Below are positions 1 to 8,658 of a stretch of 32,000 nucleotides of DNA, piece by piece. The notes beneath the pieces were generated by a model that saw only the letters and a program-made list of their open reading frames with translations, searched no databases and was not told the DNA's origin. Source of the stretch: Vulcanisaeta distributa DSM 14429 (lineage in GTDB: Archaea; Thermoproteota; Thermoprotei; Thermoproteales; Thermocladiaceae). The position numbers and the translations under genes are program-made. Each line of letters opens with the position of its first letter. Within the stretch, counting starts at the first letter, position 1. The stretch covers positions 1,620,001-1,652,000 of the forward strand of contig NC_014537.1 of assembly GCF_000148385.1 (NCBI RefSeq), read 5' to 3'.

Positions 1-1
1 T

Positions 2-922
2 AGGTTCCTGGTTGGTTTCGGAATTGGTGCTGACATAGTGTCCGGACCAGCCTTACTCTCTGAGGAGTCACCAACGCCGAGGAGGGGCCTCCTACTTGGT
101 GTTTCATTAATAATGATGCCACTTGGTGGCTTGGTCAGTGCCCTATTGGCCCACGTATTCCTCACAATGGGATTACCCCCAGGCATCCTATGGAGGATTA
201 TCCTCGGTGCCGGCGCCATTCCCGCGGCAATAGTCATACTGCTGAGGAGTAGGTTGCCTGAATCAACAAGGTGGTTGCTCAGGGGTGCCCCGGGGCGTAG
301 GAGGATGCCATTCAATGAGGTGTGGAGGGGTTACTGGAGAATGCTTATTTATTCATCAGCTGCCTGGGTTGGCGCCGGCACGACATCCATCTTCACAATA
401 TTCACGCCAATGCTCGTCGCCCTCAGGGGTGGTGGTTATGGCAGTATGCTAGGCACGGTATTACTGCTTTGGGTCTTCGCGACGCTGGGCGCCTTGCTCG
501 GCTCACTAATGCTTGACAGGGTTGGTAGGAGGATCCTGCTAATGGCGTCATTAATTGGTTTGGGGATTGCCTTCTGGTACGTGGCGATCACGTATAGGAC
601 TCCTGGGCTTGAGTACTCGCTGTCTCTGGCCATGTTCATGACGTTCCTAGTCGTTAGCGGTGCATACACTGTTCAGACCGAGGTGTTCCCAGTGGAGGTT
701 AAGTCCTTCGCAGACGGAATAGCCTTCTCCCTAAATAGGATCGCGAATTTCGTGTTTGGTGCATTAACGCCAATGTACCTCTACACAGGCTTAATAATGC
801 AGTACCTCGGCTGGGTTGGGGTCTTTGTATTAATAATGGCCATAACCGCGTTATTCACCGGTATGGAAACTGCGAGGAAGGATCTTGAGGAAATAGAAAG
901 ACTAACAAAAGGCAATTCATGA
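2..922 (+). CDS. MFS transporter, C-terminal part (5' end lies outside the window)
   Basis: The frame stays open back to the window edge and reads RFLVGFGIGADIVSGP, an MFS loop motif of the RxLxGxGxG type. Multiple hydrophobic helices follow. It is a paralog of the 3102-4526 gene. Confidence 0.8.
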   Translation, partial: RFLVGFGIGADIVSGPALLSEESPTPRRGLLLGVSLIMMPLGGLVSALLAHVFLTMGLPPGILWRIILGAGAIPAAIVILLRSRLPESTRWLLRGAPGRRRMPFNEVWRGYWRMLIYSSAAWVGAGTTSIFTIFTPMLVALRGGGYGSMLGTVLLLWVFATLGALLGSLMLDRVGRRILLMASLIGLGIAFWYVAITYRTPGLEYSLSLAMFMTFLVVSGAYTVQTEVFPVEVKSFADGIAFSLNRIANFVFGALTPMYLYTGLIMQYLGWVGVFVLIMAITALFTGMETARKDLEEIERLTKGNS

Positions 923-965
923 ACAACCTCACCTCAGGGATAATCCTTAATTCCCTAGGCGTATC

Positions 966-1451
966 ATGAATTGGGTAATGATATTCATCGAGACCCTGGT
1001 CTACGTGGTTAGGGATGGCAGGGTCCTCCTGATAAGGAAGAAGCGCGGGCTCGGTGCTGGTTATTATAATGGGGTTGGTGGTAAGGTTGAGGAAGGTGAG
1101 GACGTGGTCTCGGCCGCAGTTAGGGAGTGTAGGGAGGAGGTTGGTATTACGCCGAAGAATTTAGAGTGGATGGGACTTCTCGAGTTTTGGAATTATGAGG
1201 ATGGTAGGGTGGAGTCCGTGCACTTCGTCCACGTATTCCTCGCCAGAGAATTCGACGGAGTGCCCAGGGAGTCCGATGAGGCTGAGCCAGTTTGGTTTGG
1301 GGTTAATGAGGTTCCGTATGACAACATGTGGAGTGATGATGTGATGTGGCTACCAAAGGTCCTAAGCGGCAAGAAGGTTTATGCAAGGTTCGACTTCGAC
1401 CACTGGAGACTCATTGGTGGGCAGGTCTTCGAGTTGGTCAGGAGTACGTGA
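966..1451 (+). CDS. NUDIX hydrolase (MutT-like)
   Basis: Nudix box GGKVEEGEDVVSAAVRECREEVGI matches GX5EX7REUXEEXGU. Confidence 0.85.
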   Translation: MNWVMIFIETLVYVVRDGRVLLIRKKRGLGAGYYNGVGGKVEEGEDVVSAAVRECREEVGITPKNLEWMGLLEFWNYEDGRVESVHFVHVFLAREFDGVPRESDEAEPVWFGVNEVPYDNMWSDDVMWLPKVLSGKKVYARFDFDHWRLIGGQVFELVRST

Positions 1452-1500
1452 TCAGTCACGCCCTCGCTCCTCATTGCTCGGTCGTGTCACTAATCATCAC
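1452..1500 (-). ncRNA. C/D box sRNA (putative 2'-O-methylation guide)
   Basis: The minus strand reads GTGATGA(C)-12 nt-CCGA(D')-GCA-ATGAGGA(C')-12 nt-CTGA(D), a 49 nt core with canonical archaeal spacing. A TATA-like element lies 27 nt upstream. Confidence 0.6.
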
Positions 1501-1522
1501 TAAACACTTAATAGGGACTGGG

Positions 1523-1531
1523 CTTAATAAT
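1523..1531 (-). promoter_or_regulatory. TATA-like box for the C/D sRNA
   Basis: ATTATTAAG on the minus strand, centred about 27 nt upstream of the C box. Confidence 0.35.
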
Positions 1532-1635
1532 CCCTTAGTGCTGACTCCTTCCAGGACGGATCGGGTGACGAGAAAACCGACCACTGAGCAAGACCACTAC
1601 CTCATGGTAACTCCCACGTATTGCCAACACTGGCA

Positions 1636-2112
1636 CTACGTAGCTCTGCGTTTGGTCTCATCCTCCGTGGTAGGCATCGCTTGAACGTTCATCATGTCAT
1701 TACCGTCAAAAACAATTGTGTAGTTACCTGGCTTCACATTAACGTTAATAATCACGGGGCTTAGTAGGTATAGTATTGGCGCTAGTATGAATGGGAGAAT
1801 AATGAAGTGTCTTCTCTCGTCACCTTCCCTGGAACCACCATCAGTTGCTACTCCCTGCCCAGGCGGTATCACTAGGTATATGGCGGGCGCCTTAGGGTGA
1901 ATCTCGTGATTCCTCTCAAGGTAGAAGTCACCATTCCTGGGTTCCCAATACCAGGCCTCAATAAACCAAAGGAGCGAGCCAAGGTCGTAATACCTCCTCT
2001 CGAAGGTCCTTATGCCCTCTGGGATTTTCCTCCTTGGTGAATTACCATTGTAAGGGTAGTAAATAACCACGGAGTATCCCGGCGCAAATAATGCCTGTGC
2101 GGGCATTCGCAT
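1636..2112 (-). CDS. hypothetical protein with one predicted TM helix
   Basis: 158-aa ORF with the hydrophobic segment HFIILPFILAPILYLLSPVII. TTTTTATA on the minus strand sits about 20-28 nt upstream of the ATG. No family recognised. Confidence 0.5.
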   Translation of the reverse strand: MRMPAQALFAPGYSVVIYYPYNGNSPRRKIPEGIRTFERRYYDLGSLLWFIEAWYWEPRNGDFYLERNHEIHPKAPAIYLVIPPGQGVATDGGSREGDERRHFIILPFILAPILYLLSPVIINVNVKPGNYTIVFDGNDMMNVQAMPTTEDETKRRAT

Positions 2113-2440
2113 TACTTTCTATTCCAGAATATAAAAACCTTACTAATACTATTAAGTGAAAATACAAAAATTAATCATTTCAACAAGGCATGTTATTAAA
2201 TAATCATTACTAAGCCAGGGTTATTGCGCCATCAATAATTACAACGGCACCATTTATATACTATGAATCGTCAAATACAATGAGTGATACGATTAGGCAA
2301 TCTCCATTGTATCGACAAACTTACTCAAGGAATTCCTATGTAAATTCCCTCATTCAGGCAATTAGCAGTCTAAAGTTGATTCGGTAAGGAGAAAGAATCC
2401 ACGTATTACGGTATGATATGAATTAAACAACCTATGTTAG

Positions 2441-2515
2441 CGGCCCCGGTGGGATTCGAACCCACGACCTACGGCTTAGGAGGCCGCCGCTCTATCCTGG
2501 CTGAGCTACGGGGCC
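2441..2515 (-). tRNA. tRNA-Arg (anticodon CCU), 75 nt, CCA not encoded
   Basis: Hand-folded cloverleaf. Acceptor GGCCCCG/CGGGGCC, D arm GCTC-AGCCAGGATA-GAGC, anticodon arm GCGGC-CTCCTAA-GCCGT, T arm GTGGG-TTCGAAT-CCCAC, discriminator G. Confidence 0.9.
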
Positions 2516-2537
2516 AAGGTAAGTCAATGACTTGGGA

Positions 2538-2546
2538 AATTTAAGT
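2538..2546 (-). promoter_or_regulatory. TATA box for tRNA-Arg
   Basis: CTTAAATTT on the minus strand, centred 27 nt upstream of the tRNA 5' end. Confidence 0.4.
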
Positions 2547-2589
2547 TTTTGCTTGTGTCTGATTTACGGAATCTCTTACCTCACCCCCG

Positions 2590-3024
2590 TTATTTACCAT
2601 TTATAGCCTCACCTACTATTCGCATTAATGCGTTCGTTGTGCCGTTCATGAAGTGCTTCCTTATCCAGGGTTTCATTATTATGAAGAGCGGCGTTATTCT
2701 TACGTCCCACTGACTAATTAATGAATTTCCATTTATGTAATTCCTTACATAGCCTCTTATCGGGCCCCTCAAATAATTAATTAGCACAAGTCTCTCTGGG
2801 TCATGTACCTCAATTCTCGCGATGCCCTTACTACCCGGGCCTGGGAATGCGAACTTTATCCTGGCGGTATACGTATTACCGTCCTTGCTCAATATATCTA
2901 TTTCTCTATGGCCCCTCCAATACCTCGGCATGGACTTGACATCGCTGAGTACCTGCCATACCCTATCCGCATTCCCTGGATTTATTTCTACACTCACTGT
3001 GAATTCAATACCTAGTATTGACAT
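2590..3024 (-). CDS. SRPBCC-superfamily (polyketide cyclase/START-like) small protein
   Basis: 144 aa. The size and the pattern (N-terminal beta strands, VWQVLSDVKSMPRYW, C-terminal long helix) resemble Polyketide_cyc2/SRPBCC domains. Motif-level call only. Confidence 0.45.
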   Translation of the reverse strand: MSILGIEFTVSVEINPGNADRVWQVLSDVKSMPRYWRGHREIDILSKDGNTYTARIKFAFPGPGSKGIARIEVHDPERLVLINYLRGPIRGYVRNYINGNSLISQWDVRITPLFIIMKPWIRKHFMNGTTNALMRIVGEAINGK

Positions 3025-3101
3025 GTTGGTTATTTCTATGTGTGTAATGGGAGTAAAGAGTGTTTATTTTTGATTATTTTGAGGGAACTGCCTAATTTCA
3101 A

Positions 3102-4526
3102 TCACCTATACGTCGACAGCTCCTCCAGGCTTTTGCCCTTACCCTCAACACCAATTAGCACACCGGCTATTGCGCCTATTATCATTATCACAGCCATCAA
3201 TGTGAATGCGATTAGCGCTGCGTAGGGCAGTGGCTTGAAGGTAACTATTATGTACGGCATTACAAATGCTCCGATTATACCGCCAAGCCTACCTATGGAC
3301 ACCGCAGTACCTACCGCCGCGGCCCTCAACTGCGTCGGGAAGACCTCAGGTATCATTACATAGAGTATGTCGGCAGCCGCATAAACGAAGAAGTACGTTA
3401 GGGCCAGCAGGCCTATAAGCCCAGTAAGGCCAATCGCCTTAATGTAGTATAGGTAGGCCATTAATAGGCCAAGGAGACCACCGACTGCGTATGACACCAC
3501 TGCCATGGGTCTCCTACCAACCTTATCGGCTAGGTACGGAATAACGAAGGCACCCACGGCGCCAAATGCCGTAACTGGAACTAGGTATAGTGGTATTATC
3601 GTTGATGGAACACCCAGTGAGGATAGGAACACGGGTATTAACGTGAATGCAGTATAGTACGGCCAAGTCTCTGAGAAGTTAAGCAACACTGCGCTTACGG
3701 CTCTCCTTGGATATAATGTGAAGACCTTCCTAGCCACCGTCCAACCCCTCGGACTCGCAATTACGACATCGACAGGTTGTACAGGCGGTAATTCCTTAAT
3801 TCCCAGTTGATTCTTAACGAGGTCCTCAACCTGCCTAACAATGCCCTCAGCCTCATTATACCTGCCCTTTGATAGTAACCACCTCGGTGACTCAGGTATC
3901 GACCTCCTAATGACCCACACGAATACGGCAAGTATTGCGCCAACTAGGAAGGCGACCCTCCAACCAATGCTTATCGGTAACCTGGATATGGCAAAGTAGG
4001 AGATTAGTGATGCGATGACCGTGCCGACGTCCCAACCAGCGCCGATTACGAAGCCCAACCACTTACCCCTCTCCCTCGGTGGTACGAATTCCTGAATTGC
4101 GCTATTCACTGCGCCGTACTCACCGCCTATGCCAACACCTGTGAGGAATCGGAATACGGTAAGACTTATGAAGTTGAATGAAGCTGCCGACAATGCCGTA
4201 AACAAACCATAAATCAGTATAGTAGTCATAAACAGCCTTTTCCTACCAAGGACGTCTGCCAAGACACCAAATAATTCAGCACCAATGGCTGCTCCTATTA
4301 GGAATAGTACGAGACCCAGCGTAGACTCGAGGGACGTTATCTTAAACACCTTAGCGACAATGGCCAACACACCACCATAAAGTGTGCTCTCCAGACCATC
4401 TAGGAAGTATGCAGCCGTTAATACGAGTATGACCTTCCGGTGGAATGGTGAGAACGGCAACCGGTCTAAGCGAGCCAGTAGGTCTGTCTTTACTACTTTA
4501 ATTCCTGACTCGTCACTGTTTGTCAT
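3102..4526 (-). CDS. MFS transporter (sugar-porter/metabolite:H+ symporter type)
   Basis: About 12 hydrophobic helices, plus GRKRLF and FRFLTGVGIGGEY motifs and PESPRWL. I prefer the ATG at 4526 (MTNSDESG) over the upstream ATG at 4607. Confidence 0.85.
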   Translation of the reverse strand: MTNSDESGIKVVKTDLLARLDRLPFSPFHRKVILVLTAAYFLDGLESTLYGGVLAIVAKVFKITSLESTLGLVLFLIGAAIGAELFGVLADVLGRKRLFMTTILIYGLFTALSAASFNFISLTVFRFLTGVGIGGEYGAVNSAIQEFVPPRERGKWLGFVIGAGWDVGTVIASLISYFAISRLPISIGWRVAFLVGAILAVFVWVIRRSIPESPRWLLSKGRYNEAEGIVRQVEDLVKNQLGIKELPPVQPVDVVIASPRGWTVARKVFTLYPRRAVSAVLLNFSETWPYYTAFTLIPVFLSSLGVPSTIIPLYLVPVTAFGAVGAFVIPYLADKVGRRPMAVVSYAVGGLLGLLMAYLYYIKAIGLTGLIGLLALTYFFVYAAADILYVMIPEVFPTQLRAAAVGTAVSIGRLGGIIGAFVMPYIIVTFKPLPYAALIAFTLMAVIMIIGAIAGVLIGVEGKGKSLEELSTYR

Positions 4527-4625
4527 AATTACTAGGTAATAATGATTTTTAATAAGTATTATCCCTGTGATAGGTGAATAAAGATATATTAAGTTGACGC
4601 AGGTCAAGCATCAATTGGTAGGGTT

Positions 4626-5414
4626 ATGAATGAAGCAATAAGGCTGGTGCTAAGTAAGGAATTGATCATTTTAGATGGTGATGGTACGTTGTACATTGGT
4701 TCGAAGCCACTACCCGGCGCCAGGGAGTTTATAAGGTTCCTTGATGAGCACGGCAAGCGATTCGTCGTAATGACTAACAATTCATCCTTTAGTAAGGAGC
4801 ATCACATTAGGAGGTTGAGTCGGATATTAAGGAGGAGGTTTTCCTTAAATGAGGTTCTCGTGTCTACGGAGGCTGCGATTGAGTATTTAAGGGAACTTGG
4901 GGTCAGGAGGGTCTATGCACTCGGCACGCCTGAATTTATCCAGGACTTAATCAGGTCCGGTATTACTCATGATCCTGGAAATCCCGAGGTCGTGCTCATA
5001 GCCTTTGATAAGACATTAACATATGGTAAGTTGGTCAGGGCCGTGCGCCATATAATGTCTGGCGTTCCATATATCGTGGTTAATCCAGACGTGTTATGCC
5101 CAACGGATAGGGGTTACATACCAGACGCTGGTTCCATATGGGCATTGATTAGGGCGGCCACGGGTAAGGAACCAGTGGCGGTTACTGGCAAGCCCAGTAG
5201 TTTATTTCTTAATTACATGCTTAGGAAGCTGAATGTGAAGCCCAGCGATTCCGTGATAATTGGTGATAGGTTATACACGGACATAGCAATGGCTAATGAG
5301 AATGACATTGACTCAATACTCGTCCTTACGGGCGAGACAAGGGCTGAGGACTTAGTCAATAGTAGGTATAAGCCGACCCTTGTGGTTAATACGTTGATTG
5401 ATATATTGAAGTAA
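4626..5414 (+). CDS. HAD-superfamily hydrolase, subfamily IIA (NagD-like sugar phosphatase)
   Basis: Motif I is LDGDGTLY, followed by VMTNNSS and GKP, then the C-terminal GDRLYTDI. Confidence 0.8.
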   Translation: MNEAIRLVLSKELIILDGDGTLYIGSKPLPGAREFIRFLDEHGKRFVVMTNNSSFSKEHHIRRLSRILRRRFSLNEVLVSTEAAIEYLRELGVRRVYALGTPEFIQDLIRSGITHDPGNPEVVLIAFDKTLTYGKLVRAVRHIMSGVPYIVVNPDVLCPTDRGYIPDAGSIWALIRAATGKEPVAVTGKPSSLFLNYMLRKLNVKPSDSVIIGDRLYTDIAMANENDIDSILVLTGETRAEDLVNSRYKPTLVVNTLIDILK

Positions 5415-5717
5415 TCACTGCTTAGCCTCCGCCTCCTTTGGCCTCCTCCTCTCACGCTTCTCCTCAATTCTCTTCCTAAGCAGGTTTACGTGGAATAGAA
5501 GCTCATTAATACCAAGCTTATTACCAACCTCCTCACCATACTTAAGAAGCTCCTCAGCCTCATCCAAATCCCTCGACCTACCCCTGGCGATTAATTCCTG
5601 CGCTGTGTAAACCACGCACTCCACCAACTTCTCCCTAAATTCCAGTGCCTTCTCCTTATTGCCCTCCCTCTCGGCCTTCTCAATTAGTTTCTCCCATCTT
5701 GAGCAGGTTATTGCCAT
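5415..5717 (-). CDS. small all-helical protein with basic C-terminal tail (hypothetical)
   Basis: 100 aa, charged helical repeats, tail KRERRRPKEAEAKQ. Paralog of the next gene (TAQELIARG vs TAEELVRSG). Confidence 0.5.
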   Translation of the reverse strand: MAITCSRWEKLIEKAEREGNKEKALEFREKLVECVVYTAQELIARGRSRDLDEAEELLKYGEEVGNKLGINELLFHVNLLRKRIEEKRERRRPKEAEAKQ

Positions 5718-5763
5718 ACCACCACCAAGCCGCAGTGTGGTGGGTTGCGGGTTAATTTAAAAA

Positions 5764-6024
5764 TTATGCCTTACCCTCCCCAGCCTTAGTCTCCTGCTTA
5801 GCAGCACTCCTAGCCTGCCTAGCCCTAGTCTCATTGATTAACCTCCTGACCCTCCTAATAATGGCTATGTAATTATCGAAGAGCTTCGCCTCCTTAGCCT
5901 CCTTCGTGGCCTCCCTAAACAACTTAATGCCATCATCAAGCTTCCCACTCCTTACCAATTCCTCAGCCGTCCTCAATTTAATCACTAATTCCCTTGCCTT
6001 ATTGATTATTTCTTCGCTCGACAT
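5764..6024 (-). CDS. small all-helical protein with basic C-terminal tail (hypothetical, MIT/TPR-like by eye)
   Basis: 86 aa. Same architecture as 5415-5717, tail RARQARSAAKQETKAGEGKA. Confidence 0.5.
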   Translation of the reverse strand: MSSEEIINKARELVIKLRTAEELVRSGKLDDGIKLFREATKEAKEAKLFDNYIAIIRRVRRLINETRARQARSAAKQETKAGEGKA

Positions 6025-6144
6025 CGAGACAACGGAGGTTAACCCCCTTAATAAGGTTTATTAGTTGGTAATTGTCCTTGCTACCGTATGAATTAATGAT
6101 TAGGGTCTGGAGCACTGAGCGTTGATGAGTGGTGAGCCCGAATC

Positions 6145-6348
6145 CTAATACTCATTAATAGTCTTATTCTTCGACTTATACTCCTTAATTAATTGATCAG
6201 CAACGTCGGGCGGTACCCTAATTGTGTATAGGTAATGCTTAAGCCTAGCCTTTAACTTAACGTAATCAGGGTATCTCTTAACCTTGATCTCCTCAGCAGT
6301 GTCTGCGTATCTACGCCACAACTCTACAAGGAATACCTCCCTAGGCAC
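6145..6348 (-). CDS. rpl38e: 50S ribosomal protein L38e
   Basis: MPRE N-terminus and VKLKARLKHYLYTIRVPPDVADQLIKE align with eukaryotic L38 [27 protein letters not shown]. GTG start with TATA CCTTAAAAAA about 25 nt upstream. Confidence 0.75.
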   Translation of the reverse strand: MPREVFLVELWRRYADTAEEIKVKRYPDYVKLKARLKHYLYTIRVPPDVADQLIKEYKSKNKTINEY

Positions 6349-6422
6349 GTCACTGCCTGTGCAGGGGATTTTTTAAGGATTTCTACAGAAGAAGTAATTA
6401 AGCCGAAGTAATCAGTATTAGC

Positions 6423-7625
6423 GTGGTTGTTAAGACCGATGTATTAATAATTGGCGGCGGACCGGCTGGCTCCTACCTAGCCCGTTACCTAGTCAGGAAT
6501 GGGTTTAATGGCGATGTCATGCTCATTGATAAGAAGTCCGTGATATACGCACCGGTAATATGCGGTGAATTACTACCCAGTGAGGACCTTCTTAAGCCCT
6601 GGATTAATAGGGATTTATACGATGTTTTACTGACAACGCTTAGGGAGACGCTACGTAAGGAATTTATTGTTAATGAGATTGGGTGGTTAAGACTCGTGAT
6701 TAATGGCCGTGACATAGCTAGGATGCCCTTTAGGACCTACGTCATTGATAAGTCGGCAATGATTAGGGGTATCATTGAGGATGCCATTAATGGTGGTGCC
6801 AATGTTCGTTTTGGCATTACGGCAGTTAAATGCGCGACTAAGAATGGGGGTTATGAGTGCCTTGTCCATGATAAGGATGGTGGCGAGTGCGTCATTAGTG
6901 CCAAGACGCTAATTGGCGCTGACGCGTACCCATCAATTGTTGACTTAAGCCTGGGCATAACCAGGGGCTTCAGGGCTGAGGACTTGATAATAGCGACAAG
7001 CGCGAGGGCTAGGGGTAGGTACGTGGATGATGAGGCGGTCATCGTGATGGACCCAGGGGTAGCACCGGGCGGCTTCGCCTGGATATTCCCAAGGGGCGAT
7101 GGTTCTCATAACATCGGTGTTGGCGTTAGGAATAATATAGCGTGGAGAGGGGGTAACCCAATTGATTACCATGCGCTCTTCGTCAGTAAATACGGGCTTG
7201 AGAGCACCCAAAGATCCGTGCTTATGAAGACCTTACCTGTTGGTGGCTTGTTAAATAAGTATGGCGCAGGTAATGCCTACTTAATCGGTGATGCTGTTGG
7301 CTCAGTAATACCAACTAATGGCGCCGGCATTAATCCCGCCATGATAACTGCCCACCTACTCGGTGAGTCGATGATGCTTGGATATGATTATTCATCGCTC
7401 ATGAACAGGTTGTTTAAGCCCCTGATGGATAGGATGGTAATGTTCAGGAGGATTGGTGACCCATTATTGATGAATAGGGATGCCATGGAGTTGGCAGTTA
7501 AGGTTTCGAGAAGTTACATGACTAGCTCTATTTATGAGGCCACCCTATCCTCAATGAGGATGAGTACCCTAATTAAGTTCCTAATTGGTGACTTATTAAT
7601 TAAGTTCATCTCCAAGCTATCTTGA
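6423..7625 (+). CDS. geranylgeranyl reductase family FAD-dependent oxidoreductase
   Basis: N-terminal VLIIGGGPAGSYLA dinucleotide fold, then LIGDAVGSVIPTNGAGINPAM. GTG start. Confidence 0.8.
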   Translation: MVVKTDVLIIGGGPAGSYLARYLVRNGFNGDVMLIDKKSVIYAPVICGELLPSEDLLKPWINRDLYDVLLTTLRETLRKEFIVNEIGWLRLVINGRDIARMPFRTYVIDKSAMIRGIIEDAINGGANVRFGITAVKCATKNGGYECLVHDKDGGECVISAKTLIGADAYPSIVDLSLGITRGFRAEDLIIATSARARGRYVDDEAVIVMDPGVAPGGFAWIFPRGDGSHNIGVGVRNNIAWRGGNPIDYHALFVSKYGLESTQRSVLMKTLPVGGLLNKYGAGNAYLIGDAVGSVIPTNGAGINPAMITAHLLGESMMLGYDYSSLMNRLFKPLMDRMVMFRRIGDPLLMNRDAMELAVKVSRSYMTSSIYEATLSSMRMSTLIKFLIGDLLIKFISKLS

Positions 7626-7674
7626 CGTGTATGTAGTATTTATTAAGGCATAAGTTTAGGGAATTATGAAATAG

Positions 7675-8565
7675 ATGGCCGTATTGAATCCAAGCAAGTA
7701 CATGGAGTTGTTGCCCATGGAGGTTAGGTCAGCGATTAATAAGGTCATTCAGGTACTTGAGGGATCTTTCACTGGTCTTTGGATGCCCGATAATCTGTTA
7801 AATGCCACTTACCACTACATAAGGAATAGGGGAAAGCTCATTAGACCAACCCTAGTCTTGCTAATGGCCTATGCCCTAGGCAATGGTAGTGGTCTTGAAA
7901 GAGCAATATTACCCGCCGCATCTGTTGAGTTAATACATACAGCGTCATTGCTTCAAGACGATATAATGGATCAGCAAAGGATTAGGAGGGGTGTGAAGAC
8001 TCCGTACAGTATCTATGGCCCGCATACGGCAATGCTCGCCAGTGACTTAATAATTGCTAAGGCCGTGGAGTATGCCATAAGGAGTGGCGATAATGATATT
8101 GTGTTTGAGCTCCTAAATTCATCCATTAAATTAGCGATTGGTCAGAGCTTTGAGTCTGAACTGAGCAGTAGGGCCAATGTGACTATCGATGATTACTTAA
8201 GGCTTATTTACTATAAGACTGCATCGCTTATCGAGTCCTCAATGGTTGTTGGCGCCTACTCAGTCAATGTTAAGGATGATGAGGTAATAAGCAAAATTAG
8301 GGATGTGGGTAGGTTCGTGGGCATCGCGTTTCAGGTTAGGGATGACGTAATTGATTACCTAAACATTGATAGTGGGAATCCTGGAGCTAATACCGATGAG
8401 ATTAATATCGTGAGGATAATGAGTAAGGGCAATGGTGATGTCAGGGGCGCCATTGATAAGGCCAGGGGCTTATTAAATGAAATGCTTGATAATGCCGTTA
8501 AGGTGATTAGGGAGGTCGTGAATAATGAGGTCCTGGTTAATTACATAAATTTGCTGAGGATTTAA
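7675..8565 (+). CDS. trans-polyprenyl diphosphate synthase (GGPP synthase or longer-chain)
   Basis: First Asp-rich motif LLQDDIMDQQRIRRG and second FQVRDDVIDY. Product chain length cannot be read from the sequence. Confidence 0.85.
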   Translation: MAVLNPSKYMELLPMEVRSAINKVIQVLEGSFTGLWMPDNLLNATYHYIRNRGKLIRPTLVLLMAYALGNGSGLERAILPAASVELIHTASLLQDDIMDQQRIRRGVKTPYSIYGPHTAMLASDLIIAKAVEYAIRSGDNDIVFELLNSSIKLAIGQSFESELSSRANVTIDDYLRLIYYKTASLIESSMVVGAYSVNVKDDEVISKIRDVGRFVGIAFQVRDDVIDYLNIDSGNPGANTDEINIVRIMSKGNGDVRGAIDKARGLLNEMLDNAVKVIREVVNNEVLVNYINLLRI

Positions 8566-8658
8566 GAATTGATTAGTTAAGAAAGGGCTGTAATAAGCCA
8601 TATAATACATCGCAAAATAAGTCATCCCTAAATTTAAATCGCAAATTACAATCAATTG

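Noticed and set aside
1346-1684. 112-aa plus-strand ORF overlapping the NUDIX 3' end and the sRNA region.
   Set aside because: It is out of frame with, and overlaps, a well-supported NUDIX gene. Its composition is Ser/Thr/His/Leu-rich and unlike a protein, and the region is better explained by the C/D sRNA and the spacer.
2441-2515. tRNA-Arg or the class II tRNA as the boundary of an integrated element.
   Set aside because: No integrase, no partial direct repeat of either tRNA 3' half that I could find in the window, and the flanking genes look like core genes with uniform composition.
6096-6136. C/D-box-like words (AATGATTA, CTGA, TTGATGAG) in the spacer between the 86-aa gene start and the rpl38e stop.
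   Set aside because: The box order and spacing do not fit. There is no terminal CTGA 10-13 nt after the TGATGA, and the first box is degenerate.
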